A stretch of DNA of 59,844 nucleotides, taken from NCBI GenBank assembly GCA_043823065.1, contig JBDRBB010000013.1:1-59844 (forward strand), written 5' to 3'. Of the stretch, positions 31,153-42,069 are shown in pieces. The notes beneath the pieces were generated by a model, which had not been told where the DNA came from, did no database searches, and worked only from the letters and a program-made list of their open reading frames with translations. The stretch's first letter is position 1. Each line of letters starts with the position of its first letter. This stretch comes from Pseudomonadota bacterium (GTDB taxonomy: Bacteria; UBA10199; 2-02-FULL-44-16; DYJF01). The position numbers and the translations under genes are program-made.

Positions 31153-32853
31153 ATGGGCAAAATCAAGATTTTATCCGAACAAGTAATCACTAAAATTGCT
31201 GCTGGTGAAGTAGTGGCCAGGCCTGCGTCCGTGGTTAAGGAGTTGGTTGATAATGCCCTTGATGCTGGCGCAACTTCAATTGAAGTTGATATTCAAGCTG
31301 GTGGCAAAAAACGCATTACTGTAATTGACAATGGCCAAGGCATGGCCTCTGAAGATGCCTTAATGTGTATTGAGCGCCATGCCACTAGCAAGTTGTCTTC
31401 TGAAAAAGACCTGGAAGCTATTCGCACCATGGGTTTTCGCGGAGAAGCGCTTGCTGCAATTGCTGCTGTTTCTAGAATGAAGCTGGAGACCAAAGTTTCT
31501 GATTCTAAAGTTTTGGAAGGCACACAACTGGTTGTGGAAGGCGGAGCCATAAAACATCATAAAACTTTTGGCTGCCCTGCTGGCACAAGCATTACTGTGG
31601 AAGATTTGTTCTTTAATATCCCAGCCAGACAAAAGTTTTTGCGCTCAGATAATGTGGAGTATGGGCATATTGCCAATATAGTGGCTGACCTGGCGCTAAC
31701 CAGCAATCAAATTAGTTTTAGTTTAACACATAATGGTTCTCCTAAATTTCGCTATCATGCTTCTGAAAATAAATTAAGCCGCATTGAAGCAGTATTTGGA
31801 AAAAACTGCCAAGATTCTTTAGTTGAATTTGCTGAACCTGGCGATGGCATTTCTATCCATGGATTTGTCTCAACGCCAAATTTGACCCGCAGCAGTGCCA
31901 AAGACCTAAATTTTATTTTAAATAATCGACCAATCAAAGATCGCATTTTGCAACACGCCTTGCTTTCTGGCTTGGAATCAAACTTTCCCCGAGGTTCATA
32001 TCCTTTGGCAGTTTTATATTTAGAACTTGATCCAACCTTGGTTGATGTAAATGTGCATCCCACCAAAAATGAAGTGCGGTTTAGCAATGGCCAGATGATT
32101 CATAATTTTGTTAAATCTGCGGTGCAAAAAGCTGTTTCCAAAAATGTAAAAGCTATTCCGGTTTATGCGAAAACCAGTTTGTTGGGTCATTCCCAAGAAA
32201 TGTGTCATTCCCGCGAAAGCGGGAATCCCATTGTTTACAAAGGTCTGGATCCCTGCTTTCGCAGGGATGACAGCCCCCTCCCTCTCAAAGTAATCGGTCA
32301 ATTTGGGCAAGCTTTTATCATCTGCGAGGATGAAAATAGAAATCTGGTGGTAGTCGACCAGCATGCAGCGCATGAGCGCTTAGGATTTGAAAGGCTAAAA
32401 AAACAGTATCAGGCCGGCAAAGTTAAGCAACAACAATTATTAATTCCCGAACAGGTTGCGCTTTCTTCAAAAGAATTTGCAGTTATTGAAGATCATTTAG
32501 TAATGCTTGAAAAAGCTGGTTTTGAAATCGAGCCTTTTGGCGGCAGCACTTTAATTGTCAAAAGCATGCCCAGCATTTTAGGTGATGTCTCGGCAAAACC
32601 TCTTTTAGAGAAAATTTCTACTGATCTAGCTGAGTTCGAAGCAAGTGATGGTCTTGAAAAAACAATTGAACAAATATTTGCTTTAGTTGCCTGTCATCAA
32701 CAGGTGCGCGCTGGCGATAAGCTGTCTCCACTTGAACTGGAACAATTAATTAGAGATATTTTTCTAGAAAATATTTCTAACTGCCCACATGGCCGCCCAG
32801 CTTTGATTAAGATTGCACCTGAGGAAGTTGAAAAATGGTTTAGAAGAACATGA
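31153..32853 (+). CDS. mutL: DNA mismatch repair protein MutL
   Basis: GFRGEAL, DVNVHPTK, DQHAAHER, CPHGRP. Confidence 0.97.
   Translation: MGKIKILSEQVITKIAAGEVVARPASVVKELVDNALDAGATSIEVDIQAGGKKRITVIDNGQGMASEDALMCIERHATSKLSSEKDLEAIRTMGFRGEALAAIAAVSRMKLETKVSDSKVLEGTQLVVEGGAIKHHKTFGCPAGTSITVEDLFFNIPARQKFLRSDNVEYGHIANIVADLALTSNQISFSLTHNGSPKFRYHASENKLSRIEAVFGKNCQDSLVEFAEPGDGISIHGFVSTPNLTRSSAKDLNFILNNRPIKDRILQHALLSGLESNFPRGSYPLAVLYLELDPTLVDVNVHPTKNEVRFSNGQMIHNFVKSAVQKAVSKNVKAIPVYAKTSLLGHSQEMCHSRESGNPIVYKGLDPCFRRDDSPLPLKVIGQFGQAFIICEDENRNLVVVDQHAAHERLGFERLKKQYQAGKVKQQQLLIPEQVALSSKEFAVIEDHLVMLEKAGFEIEPFGGSTLIVKSMPSILGDVSAKPLLEKISTDLAEFEASDGLEKTIEQIFALVACHQQVRAGDKLSPLELEQLIRDIFLENISNCPHGRPALIKIAPEEVEKWFRRT
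32204..32271. repeat. Family A palindrome inserted in frame in mutL
   Basis: gtcattcccgcgaaagcgggaatc...ggatccctgctttcgcagggatgac. Confidence 0.9.
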
Positions 32854-33770
32854 GTTTGACCAAAATAATCATAATCTGTGGTCCAACCGGGGTTGGCAAA
32901 AGCCAAATTGCTATTGAACTTGCCAAAAAATTTCAGGGTGAAATTGTAAATGCAGATTCGCAACAAGTTTATATTGGGCTAGATATTGGTACAGCTAAAC
33001 TTAACCTTGCCCAAACGTGCGGCATCCCTCATCATTTAATAGATATAGTAACGCCAGACAAACATTTTGATGCTAGTATTTTTATGAATTTGGCTGACCA
33101 GGCCATTGCCGAAATTACTTCTCGTAAAAACACACCTTTTATTGTGGGTGGAACAGGTCTATATCTGCGACTACTTATAAATGGCATCTGTGAAGCTCCA
33201 GCGCAAGATCCAGAGCTGCGCAAACAATATGAAGCATATATTGTTGAAAATGGAATTGAATATTTACACGCTCGTTTGCGAAAAATTGATCCTGAGTCAG
33301 CAGGTGTAATTCACCCTAATGATCGCACCCGCATCATCAGAGCATTAGAAATCTTTGACAGTTGCGGCAAAACAGCTAGCCAGTTTTATTTAGAGCAGCA
33401 AAACATGACTAAACGTTACCAAGCCTTAAAAATTGGACTTAATATTTCCAGAGATCAGTTGTATGCTAGATTAAACGCGCGCGTTGAGGCAATGTTAGAA
33501 AATGGCTGGATTGAAGAAGTAAAAGAACTTCTTAGCAGATATGGTTCTCAAACCCAGGCTTTGCAAGCAATCGGCTATAAAGAAATTGTTTCTCATCTAC
33601 AAGGTGAGCTGAAATTAGAAGAATTGGCCATGCAAATTAAGCAACAAACTCGCCATTATGCTAAACGCCAACTAACCTGGTTTCGGGGTGATCCAGAAGT
33701 CATTTGGTTTGCACCTGCTGAAATGGACAAAATAGCGGAAAAAATTGAGTTTTTTCTCGGTTCTAATTGA
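32850..33770 (+). CDS. miaA: tRNA dimethylallyltransferase
   Basis: GPTGVGKS, DSQQVY, VGGTGLY, YAKRQLTW. Confidence 0.97.
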   Translation: MSLTKIIIICGPTGVGKSQIAIELAKKFQGEIVNADSQQVYIGLDIGTAKLNLAQTCGIPHHLIDIVTPDKHFDASIFMNLADQAIAEITSRKNTPFIVGGTGLYLRLLINGICEAPAQDPELRKQYEAYIVENGIEYLHARLRKIDPESAGVIHPNDRTRIIRALEIFDSCGKTASQFYLEQQNMTKRYQALKIGLNISRDQLYARLNARVEAMLENGWIEEVKELLSRYGSQTQALQAIGYKEIVSHLQGELKLEELAMQIKQQTRHYAKRQLTWFRGDPEVIWFAPAEMDKIAEKIEFFLGSN

Positions 33771-35171
<1,401 letters not shown>

Positions 35172-35178
35172 GGCATAT

Positions 35179-35631
35179 ATGGCTTTGGATATTGTGATTG
35201 CGCCGTTTAAGTTAGCTGATCTTGAGCAGATTATAAGCATTGAAAACCAGGTTTTTACCACACCCTGGTCAAAAAATGCCTATTTGGAAATTAGCAGACT
35301 TGAAAATGTGCATTTTTTGGTAGTTAAGCATTTAGCAGAAGTAGCTGCCTATATTCTTTTTCAAGAAACCAATGCTGGCCACGATCTGGAATTGCATACA
35401 ATTGCTACAGCGCCTGGATATCGTCATTTAGGATTAGCAAAAAAAATGATGCAATTTATGATAAATGAAGCTCAAAAGAAGAACTTGAAACATATTTTCT
35501 TGCTAGTCAGAGCATCTAACCTGCCAGCCATATCTTTGTATAATAAATTCGACTTTAAGGCAATCGGCGTACGGCCCCATTATTATGCAGATAATAGAGA
35601 AGATGCCTTGCTGATGAGGTTAGACCTATGA
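35179..35631 (+). CDS. rimI: RimI-type GNAT acetyltransferase
   Basis: TPWS, LVRASN.PAISLY, R.HYY...EDALLM. Confidence 0.88.
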   Translation: MALDIVIAPFKLADLEQIISIENQVFTTPWSKNAYLEISRLENVHFLVVKHLAEVAAYILFQETNAGHDLELHTIATAPGYRHLGLAKKMMQFMINEAQKKNLKHIFLLVRASNLPAISLYNKFDFKAIGVRPHYYADNREDALLMRLDL

Positions 35632-36392
35632 AGGACACGTTAGCGAAAATTGAATATGTGGATCAACTAAATCCTGTCCATTTTAAGCTGGGTCTAAAAG
35701 TAGATTGGGAAAAATTCACTTCTGGCCAATTTGTCATGCTGCATCCTCCCAAGCAAGCAACTTTTTTGAGCCGACCTTTTGGTATTGTTAATCTAGAAAA
35801 TGGGGTCCTGGAATTGTGCATTAAGATTATTGGTTCTGGCACACAAGCTTTAGCTCAAGCCCAGGTTGGCGAAAGCCTGAAAGTTATTGGTCCTTTGGGA
35901 AATGGATTTGATATTCCCTCAAATATCAAGCAAGCTGTCTTAGTTGCTGGTGGTTACGGCATTGCCCCGCTTTTGCCTTTGGCCAAGGCTATAAAAAACC
36001 AGGGCAAAAAAGTTAGCTTTTACTATGGCGCTAAAACTGTTGACGATCTTTTATACACAGAAAGTTTGGCTGATTTAGACCTGAATTTAAACTATACCAC
36101 TGAAGACGGCAGCAAAGGAAAAAAAGGTTTGATTCTTGATATATTAAAACCTGATTTGAAAAATATGGGGCAAGCAACAATTTTTGCCTCTGGACCTTCA
36201 GGATTATTGCAGGCTTTATCCAAACTAGCTCTAGATAATAAAATTCCTGCGCAAATTTCTTTAGATAGTTATATGGCTTGCGGTATTGGCGTTTGTTTGG
36301 GTTGTATGGTCAAAATGAAAGATGGTAGTTTGAAACGTGCTTGCAGAGAAGGACCAGTGTTTAACGCGAGTGAATTATGCAACCAGATCTAA
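35628..36392 (+). CDS. pyrK: Dihydroorotate dehydrogenase electron transfer subunit
   Basis: RPF, GPLGNGF, MACGIGVCLGC, CREGP. Confidence 0.93.
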   Translation: MKDTLAKIEYVDQLNPVHFKLGLKVDWEKFTSGQFVMLHPPKQATFLSRPFGIVNLENGVLELCIKIIGSGTQALAQAQVGESLKVIGPLGNGFDIPSNIKQAVLVAGGYGIAPLLPLAKAIKNQGKKVSFYYGAKTVDDLLYTESLADLDLNLNYTTEDGSKGKKGLILDILKPDLKNMGQATIFASGPSGLLQALSKLALDNKIPAQISLDSYMACGIGVCLGCMVKMKDGSLKRACREGPVFNASELCNQI

Positions 36393-37291
36393 AAATCAAC
36401 TTTGGCAAACTTGAGCTGCGCAACCCTGTGCTGGTTGCTTCTGGCACGTTTGGTTATGGCGAAGAATTTTCTGAACTGTATGATCTCTCTAAACTTGGGG
36501 CAGTTGTTACCAAAGGTATCTCGCTTAAACCCAGAGCTGGAAATCCTATGCCACGTGTAATTGAAACAGCTTCTGGCCTGCTTAATGCTATTGGCTTGGC
36601 TAATGTTGGTTTAGATGTTTTTTTGCATGAAAAACTTCCATATTTGAAAAAAAACAAGGCTACAGTAATCGTAAATATTTTTGGCGAAAGCATTGAGGAA
36701 TATGTGGCCTTGGCTTTGAAAATAAATGGCTCTAATGGTGTATCTGGTTTAGAACTAAACATCTCTTGCCCTAATGTAAAATGCGGAGGGCTAGCATTTG
36801 GCACAGATCCGAAATCTGCTGCTGAGGTTACCAAAGAAGTTAGAAAAGCTACTTCCTTTCCTTTAATTGTTAAGCTCTCTCCCCAAGTAGCCAGCATAGC
36901 AGAAATGGCGCAAGCTGTGGTTGAAGCAGGAGCTGATATTCTGTCTGTAATTAATACAGTGCCAGGTATGGCTATTGACACCAAAACCAAAAAACCAAAA
37001 CTGGCAAATATTTTTGGCGGACTTTCTGGACCAGCTATCAAACCTATTGCTTTAAAATTAGTTTACGAGACCGCCAAGGCAGTTAACGTGCCAATTATTG
37101 GCATGGGCGGCATAATGAACACCACTGATGCTATTGAATTTTTCCTGGCTGGAGCAAGCGCCATTCAAATCGGCACTGGTAATTTTGTCAATCCCAGCTT
37201 GGGTTTAGAAATTATTGCTGGACTTAGACAATACATGATTGATCATAACTTGGCCGATCTTAGCCAAATCATTGGCAAGTTAGAAACTTGA
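36377..37291 (+). CDS. pyrD: Dihydroorotate dehydrogenase 1B
   Basis: ASGTFGYG, NISCPNV, GGLSGPAIKP. Confidence 0.96.
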   Translation: MQPDLKINFGKLELRNPVLVASGTFGYGEEFSELYDLSKLGAVVTKGISLKPRAGNPMPRVIETASGLLNAIGLANVGLDVFLHEKLPYLKKNKATVIVNIFGESIEEYVALALKINGSNGVSGLELNISCPNVKCGGLAFGTDPKSAAEVTKEVRKATSFPLIVKLSPQVASIAEMAQAVVEAGADILSVINTVPGMAIDTKTKKPKLANIFGGLSGPAIKPIALKLVYETAKAVNVPIIGMGGIMNTTDAIEFFLAGASAIQIGTGNFVNPSLGLEIIAGLRQYMIDHNLADLSQIIGKLET

Positions 37292-37333
37292 GCGTCATTG
37301 CCTGGAACAAGCTCAGGGTGATACGGGGGAGTC

Positions 37334-38821
37334 ATGGACAATATCAACACTCTTATACACTCCAATATCTTTTTAGTTTTAGGTTTTCTATTTGTCTTGT
37401 TCGCCTACAGACAACTTGCTAAAAAAAGCTCTAAACTTCCATTCGTTCCTCTTGGTTTATTTATTTTCTATCTGGTTTTAATTTTGGCTCGTTTGCCTTT
37501 GGCTCATTTTGGCTTAACCAAGTGGAGCGATAAACTTTGGTTAGCAGAAATTATTGTTCTTTACTGTGCTGTAGCCAGGATTTTTTATTTTTTGATCATT
37601 GATCTTTGGCTTACCAAATATCAGCGCAAAGCTATTCCTAAAATTACCCGCGATCTTTTTTTGATTATCATCTTTGCCGTAATTGCCATCGTGCTCTTGC
37701 ACACCAAGGGCAAATTTAACTTGGCTTCTGTTTTAACCACCTCTGCTGTGCTTACCATGGTTATTGGTTTGGCTGCCCAGGAAACTTTAGGTAATATCTT
37801 TTCGGGCATTGCCATTCAAACTGAAAAACTCTACAAAATCGGCGAATGGATTGCTTTTAAGGAACATGTTGGTGAAGTTTTAAGCATTACCTGGAAATCA
37901 ACTTTAATTAGAACTTTAGAAAATGAAGTTGTCTACATTCCGAATAATATCATCGCCAAGGAAATCGTAAAAAACTATTCCCGTCCCCAGGCCAAGCATG
38001 TGGCAGTCATAAATATTGGCATTGAATATGAAGCTTCGCCTAATAAAGTGCGCCAGGTTATGTTAGATACTTTGCTTAAGCACCCCAAAGTTTCTAAATC
38101 TCCAACACCCGAAGTTCGTTTAACTTCTTTTGATGACTTTTCCATTAATTACCAAATCAGATTTTGGAACGATGATTTTGCTAATGAAAAAAAAATCAAA
38201 GCAGAAATTATGAACTCCATGTGGTATGCCTTAAAACGCAATAATATTATCATCCCCTTTCCAATCCGCGATTTACGGATTCATCATATTGAAAATTTAA
38301 ATCAGCTACGCACTCAGGAAAAGCTGCACGAAGAAATCCGCCTAGAACTTAGACAGGTTTCTATTCTAGAACCACTAGCTGATGAAGACCTGGATATTTT
38401 AGCCAAGCGCATCGAGCCGCAAAGGTTTGGCGATGGCGAAATGGTTGTGCAGCAAGGTTTGCCTGGTGAATCAATGTATATTGTAGAGCATGGATCAGCA
38501 AAAGTGGTATTAAATCAACACTTTGATAAACCCGTTGCGATATTAAATGAAGGAGCTTTTTTTGGGGAAATGAGTTTGCTAACCGGTGAAAAAAGAACAG
38601 CCACAGTTGTAGCACAAGGCGATTCCAGTTTTTTAAAGATTAATAAAGATGATTTTGCTGATATTATTCACTCTCATCCAGCCATTTCTGATGCCTTAGC
38701 CCAGGCATTAGAAAAACGGCAAGCTGAACTGGATAAACTAAGAGGTGAAACAGCTCAGGCTGCTCCAACAAGAGCAGCCCAGCTTGCTTCTAAGATTAAA
38801 ACCTTTTTTGGAATTGTTTAG
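37334..38821 (+). CDS. MscS-family channel with C-terminal cyclic-nucleotide-binding domain
   Basis: GLAAQETLGNIFSG, IPFP, FFGEMSLLTGEKRTATV. Confidence 0.92.
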   Translation: MDNINTLIHSNIFLVLGFLFVLFAYRQLAKKSSKLPFVPLGLFIFYLVLILARLPLAHFGLTKWSDKLWLAEIIVLYCAVARIFYFLIIDLWLTKYQRKAIPKITRDLFLIIIFAVIAIVLLHTKGKFNLASVLTTSAVLTMVIGLAAQETLGNIFSGIAIQTEKLYKIGEWIAFKEHVGEVLSITWKSTLIRTLENEVVYIPNNIIAKEIVKNYSRPQAKHVAVINIGIEYEASPNKVRQVMLDTLLKHPKVSKSPTPEVRLTSFDDFSINYQIRFWNDDFANEKKIKAEIMNSMWYALKRNNIIIPFPIRDLRIHHIENLNQLRTQEKLHEEIRLELRQVSILEPLADEDLDILAKRIEPQRFGDGEMVVQQGLPGESMYIVEHGSAKVVLNQHFDKPVAILNEGAFFGEMSLLTGEKRTATVVAQGDSSFLKINKDDFADIIHSHPAISDALAQALEKRQAELDKLRGETAQAAPTRAAQLASKIKTFFGIV

Positions 38822-38969
38822 GGGACGTTTCCCCCCTTAACAACTGTCTGTAATTACTGCTTAATTAAAGGCAACTTGAAATTATTGAAGCTTAATCAGC
38901 TCAAAAAATTCAACCCGCCTTTTATTCGTGAATTAATTTAACTAGTTAGCAAGGGGGGAAACGTCCCCT
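38820..38969. mobile_element. MITE-like element with 19-bp perfect TIR
   Basis: aggggacgtttcccccctt ... aaggggggaaacgtcccct; second copy at 54381. Confidence 0.8.
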
Positions 38970-38975
38970 TCCCTT

Positions 38976-39299
38976 CTAATCTGCTTCTTCTGGCTCCATC
39001 ATTTCTTGGTCATGGTCTCTGTCCATCATGCCCCGGCCAGGATGTTTATCCATCATACCCCGGTGGTAATATGGTTTGCCCATATATTTGCTTTTTCCCC
39101 AATGACACATACCACATTTCCAGCCGCTCAGACCTGAATAAATCAAGGTGACGATAGCCAAAATCACTGTAATAACCGCAATTACCTGACCAACTTTTCT
39201 AACCACACCTTCACGTTTCAGCGCTTTGAGCCAGACAATATAAGCAAATCCCAAGACCAACATGAAGAACAATAACATTTTCCATAGATGCATATCCAT
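38976..39299 (-). CDS. Hypothetical small membrane protein (2 TM, Met/His-rich tail)
   Basis: Two hydrophobic segments; CGMCH and MMD repeats. Confidence 0.7.
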   Translation of the reverse strand: MDMHLWKMLLFFMLVLGFAYIVWLKALKREGVVRKVGQVIAVITVILAIVTLIYSGLSGWKCGMCHWGKSKYMGKPYYHRGMMDKHPGRGMMDRDHDQEMMEPEEAD

Positions 39300-39338
39300 A
39301 CAACCCCCTTTTTTGGTTACAATTTTGCATTTGAAAAC

Positions 39339-40022
39339 TTACTTAATCAAAATAAAATTTACTTGCCTGGCCGAAGTGTTTGGATCCTGGCGATAAGAAA
39401 CAAAGTGTTCTGGGTTGCAACTGGTGCAAGCAGACAAGGTTTCTACGTTTTCTTTTCTTAACCCAACCTTGAGCAAACGTTCTCTAACCGCTGCTTTTAA
39501 GTCTAAATAATATTTTTCAGATTGAGTAGCCCGCTTGAAATTATTTTCTGAAAGCCCGCTTTGCACAAAGATTTGCCTTACATCTTCGCCAACACTATAA
39601 CAACCTTCACAGACCGCAGGACCTATAGCAGCTTTAACATTGGCTGGATTGCTATGAAAATGTTCATACATTTTATCTAAAGCAACTCGCATTACATTAC
39701 CAGCACAGCCTCTCCAACCTGCATGTACCGCAGCAACAGCCTTATGCTCTGGATCACATAAAAGAATAGGCACACAATCTGCAGTTCGAATAAAACAAAC
39801 CACATTAGTTTGATTGGTAATAAAACCATCTCCAGCCAACATTTTAACCTCAGTACCGTCTAACACATGCACGCCATTGCCATGCACCTGATTGGTTTGC
39901 GCAACCTTGGCCTTATGAACACCCAAATGATTAAGATAATCATTCAAGGTAAAACCTTTGGTGCCAAAGCCATGAGCTAACCAGGAATATTTTTCTAGCT
40001 TTTCTGATTTATAATGTTGCAT
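39339..40022 (-). CDS. pgeF: PgeF/YfiH family protein
   Basis: QVHG, TADCVP, HAGWRG, SYR. Confidence 0.93.
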   Translation of the reverse strand: MQHYKSEKLEKYSWLAHGFGTKGFTLNDYLNHLGVHKAKVAQTNQVHGNGVHVLDGTEVKMLAGDGFITNQTNVVCFIRTADCVPILLCDPEHKAVAAVHAGWRGCAGNVMRVALDKMYEHFHSNPANVKAAIGPAVCEGCYSVGEDVRQIFVQSGLSENNFKRATQSEKYYLDLKAAVRERLLKVGLRKENVETLSACTSCNPEHFVSYRQDPNTSARQVNFILIK

Positions 40023-40030
40023 AATTTCTC

Positions 40031-40954
40031 CTATTGTTCTCGACTTTGCTCGAACAATAAACACTTAATGTCATCTGGTAGCGGCGCTTCAAATTCCAGC
40101 CATTGCTTTTTGGTTGGATGCTTAAAACCCAAGCGCCACGCATGTAAGGCTGGCCGGCCAAACTTTATTTTTCTGGCTTTGCGGCCACCATAAACCTGAT
40201 CGCCCACTAATGGCAAGCCTATTTCTGCCAAATGCACGCGAATTTGATGAGTACGGCCAGTATTGAGTTTGACTTCCAATACCGTCAGGTCTTGGCTTAG
40301 CCGTTTATAGATCTTCCACTCTGTGCTGGCCACGCGCCCTTTTCTGGTTTTAGAGGAATATTTTTTGCGATCTTTAACTGACCGACCAATTGCTGTTTCT
40401 ATTTTACCTGAATCATCTTTAGGCGAGCCAATCACAACTGCCAAATAAATCTTTTTTACAGTTCGATCCTTAAATTGTTGAGAAAGATCTAAATGTGCCA
40501 AATCATTTTTCGCAGCCACAATTACGCCACTAGTACCTTTATCCAAACGATGCACAATGCCTGGCTTTAATTCACCACCAACTCCTGAAAGATCCTGGCA
40601 GTGGGCCAGTAAAGCATTAACCAAGGTGCCGGTCCAGTTGCCAGCTGCAGGATGCACTACCATATCTGCAGATTTATTGATAACAATAATATCTTTATCT
40701 TCGTAAAGCACATTTAAGGGAATTTTTTCAGCTAAGGCATCATGCTTAATTGGTGGAGGCACTTCAACTTGCACTTTTTCGTTTTCTTTTACAGCATGGG
40801 CTGATTTAGCAACCTTGCCATTAACTAGAACATTACCTTGTTTGATTAGCTTTTGAAATCTGGCGCGTGTATATTCTGGCAGAGCCTCTGCCAAAAACAC
40901 ATCTACTCGCTTTCCAACAAATTCTTTTTTTACTGTTAAATTATAAGCAGACAT
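40031..40954 (-). CDS. rluD: RluD pseudouridine synthase
   Basis: S4 domain, HRLDKGTSG, GRTHQIRVH. Confidence 0.93.
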   Translation of the reverse strand: MSAYNLTVKKEFVGKRVDVFLAEALPEYTRARFQKLIKQGNVLVNGKVAKSAHAVKENEKVQVEVPPPIKHDALAEKIPLNVLYEDKDIIVINKSADMVVHPAAGNWTGTLVNALLAHCQDLSGVGGELKPGIVHRLDKGTSGVIVAAKNDLAHLDLSQQFKDRTVKKIYLAVVIGSPKDDSGKIETAIGRSVKDRKKYSSKTRKGRVASTEWKIYKRLSQDLTVLEVKLNTGRTHQIRVHLAEIGLPLVGDQVYGGRKARKIKFGRPALHAWRLGFKHPTKKQWLEFEAPLPDDIKCLLFEQSREQ

Positions 40955-41550
40955 TATTCTTCAAGTTCCACGTTCCAATAGCTGTAATCCACCACATTAA
41001 AGAATGGTTTCCATTGCTCATACCTAATGCTATTAGTTAAGCCGTCAATAAATGGAGTTGTTCTGGGCCGGCCAGGCGATTTTACTAATTTAAGACCTGC
41101 TTCGCGTGGCAAGCACATACCTTTCTGGCGATTACAATCAAAACAACTGGTAACCACATTCTCCCAATTGGTGCGGCCGCCGCGACAACGCGGCACAACA
41201 TGATCTAAATTTAATTTAGAACGCGGCAATTTCTTATTGCAATATTGGCAGGTGTATTTATCGCGAATCATGATATTTAAGCGGGAAAATTTTATGGACC
41301 GCTTAGGTAAATGATCATAAGCAGTTAAAACTATGACCCTGGGCACTTTGATAAGCCTACCAACTAAACCAACAGATTCATCATGCACTGCCAAAGATAA
41401 TTCAGCCCAGGAATGAAAATCAAAAGTATGAAATTCTTCATCTACAGCGCGCGCAATACCAGCGTAAAGCATGCAAAAAGCCCGCTTCAAAGAGGTGATA
41501 TGAACCGGTAAAAAAGATCTATTTAAGACTAAAACTGACGACGAAAGCAT
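40954..41550 (-). CDS. HNH endonuclease (zinc-finger HNH)
   Basis: VLVLN, RDKYTCQYC, DHVVP, WENVVTSCFDCN; SD GGAGG. Confidence 0.92.
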   Translation of the reverse strand: MLSSSVLVLNRSFLPVHITSLKRAFCMLYAGIARAVDEEFHTFDFHSWAELSLAVHDESVGLVGRLIKVPRVIVLTAYDHLPKRSIKFSRLNIMIRDKYTCQYCNKKLPRSKLNLDHVVPRCRGGRTNWENVVTSCFDCNRQKGMCLPREAGLKLVKSPGRPRTTPFIDGLTNSIRYEQWKPFFNVVDYSYWNVELEE

Positions 41551-41691
41551 ATTTCCTCCATATATCAAACATATTTTCAGGTTTGACAATGCCAAAAAAT
41601 GCCCATTTTCTCTATATTCCAGGGTGTTTTGACCCAAAAAAACGCCATTTTTTCCAAAAATGACGATTTTTTGCATAATGAATTTTTCCTA

Positions 41692-41719
41692 GCAACTTCA
41701 GGGTGCGCGCTGCCGATAA
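41692..41719 (+). promoter_or_regulatory. Sigma28-like promoter
   Basis: GCAACTT...GCCGATAA. Confidence 0.6.
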
Positions 41720-41733
41720 TATATATATAAGAC

Positions 41734-41777
41734 AAAAAAAAGGCCAGGTTATTAAAATAATATACCTGGCCTTTTTT
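41734..41777. terminator. Bidirectional intrinsic terminator
   Basis: aaaaaaaaggccaggt...acctggcctttttt. Confidence 0.8.
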
Positions 41778-41829
41778 ATTTTGCCTGATCATATAAAAAA
41801 GTTTGTCTCTAAGCAGCAAAATCAGCTTG

Positions 41830-42006
41830 TTAAAAGCGCATCCGAAAATAAATACCTGCGCCTTTTTTCATCTGCTTTATGCCAGCAGAAACCATTTTAG
41901 TCCCACCTTGAAAGGGATTCTTCAAAAAGTTCAGCGGTAACATTGCTCCATAGCCCATTCTCATGCTTGATCTTGTAGTTGCTGCGCTTACTCTGCGAGC
42001 CTTCAT
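41830..42006 (-). CDS. Small basic hypothetical protein (58 aa), below the ORF-track cutoff
   Basis: AAGGAGG SD; MKARRVSAATTRSS...GAGIYFRMRF; downstream terminator. Confidence 0.55.
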   Translation of the reverse strand: MKARRVSAATTRSSMRMGYGAMLPLNFLKNPFQGGTKMVSAGIKQMKKGAGIYFRMRF

Positions 42007-42069
42007 AAAAGGGCCTCCTTTTATTTTCCCTGCCTCACTACTATAATTATAGCAAATTATTGCCTTTTC

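Noticed and set aside
40954..41676. IscB/HEARO-type RNA-guided nuclease
   Set aside because: About 198 aa with no RuvC or PLMP motif and no large structured RNA nearby; the N-extension to 41676 is upstream of the SD
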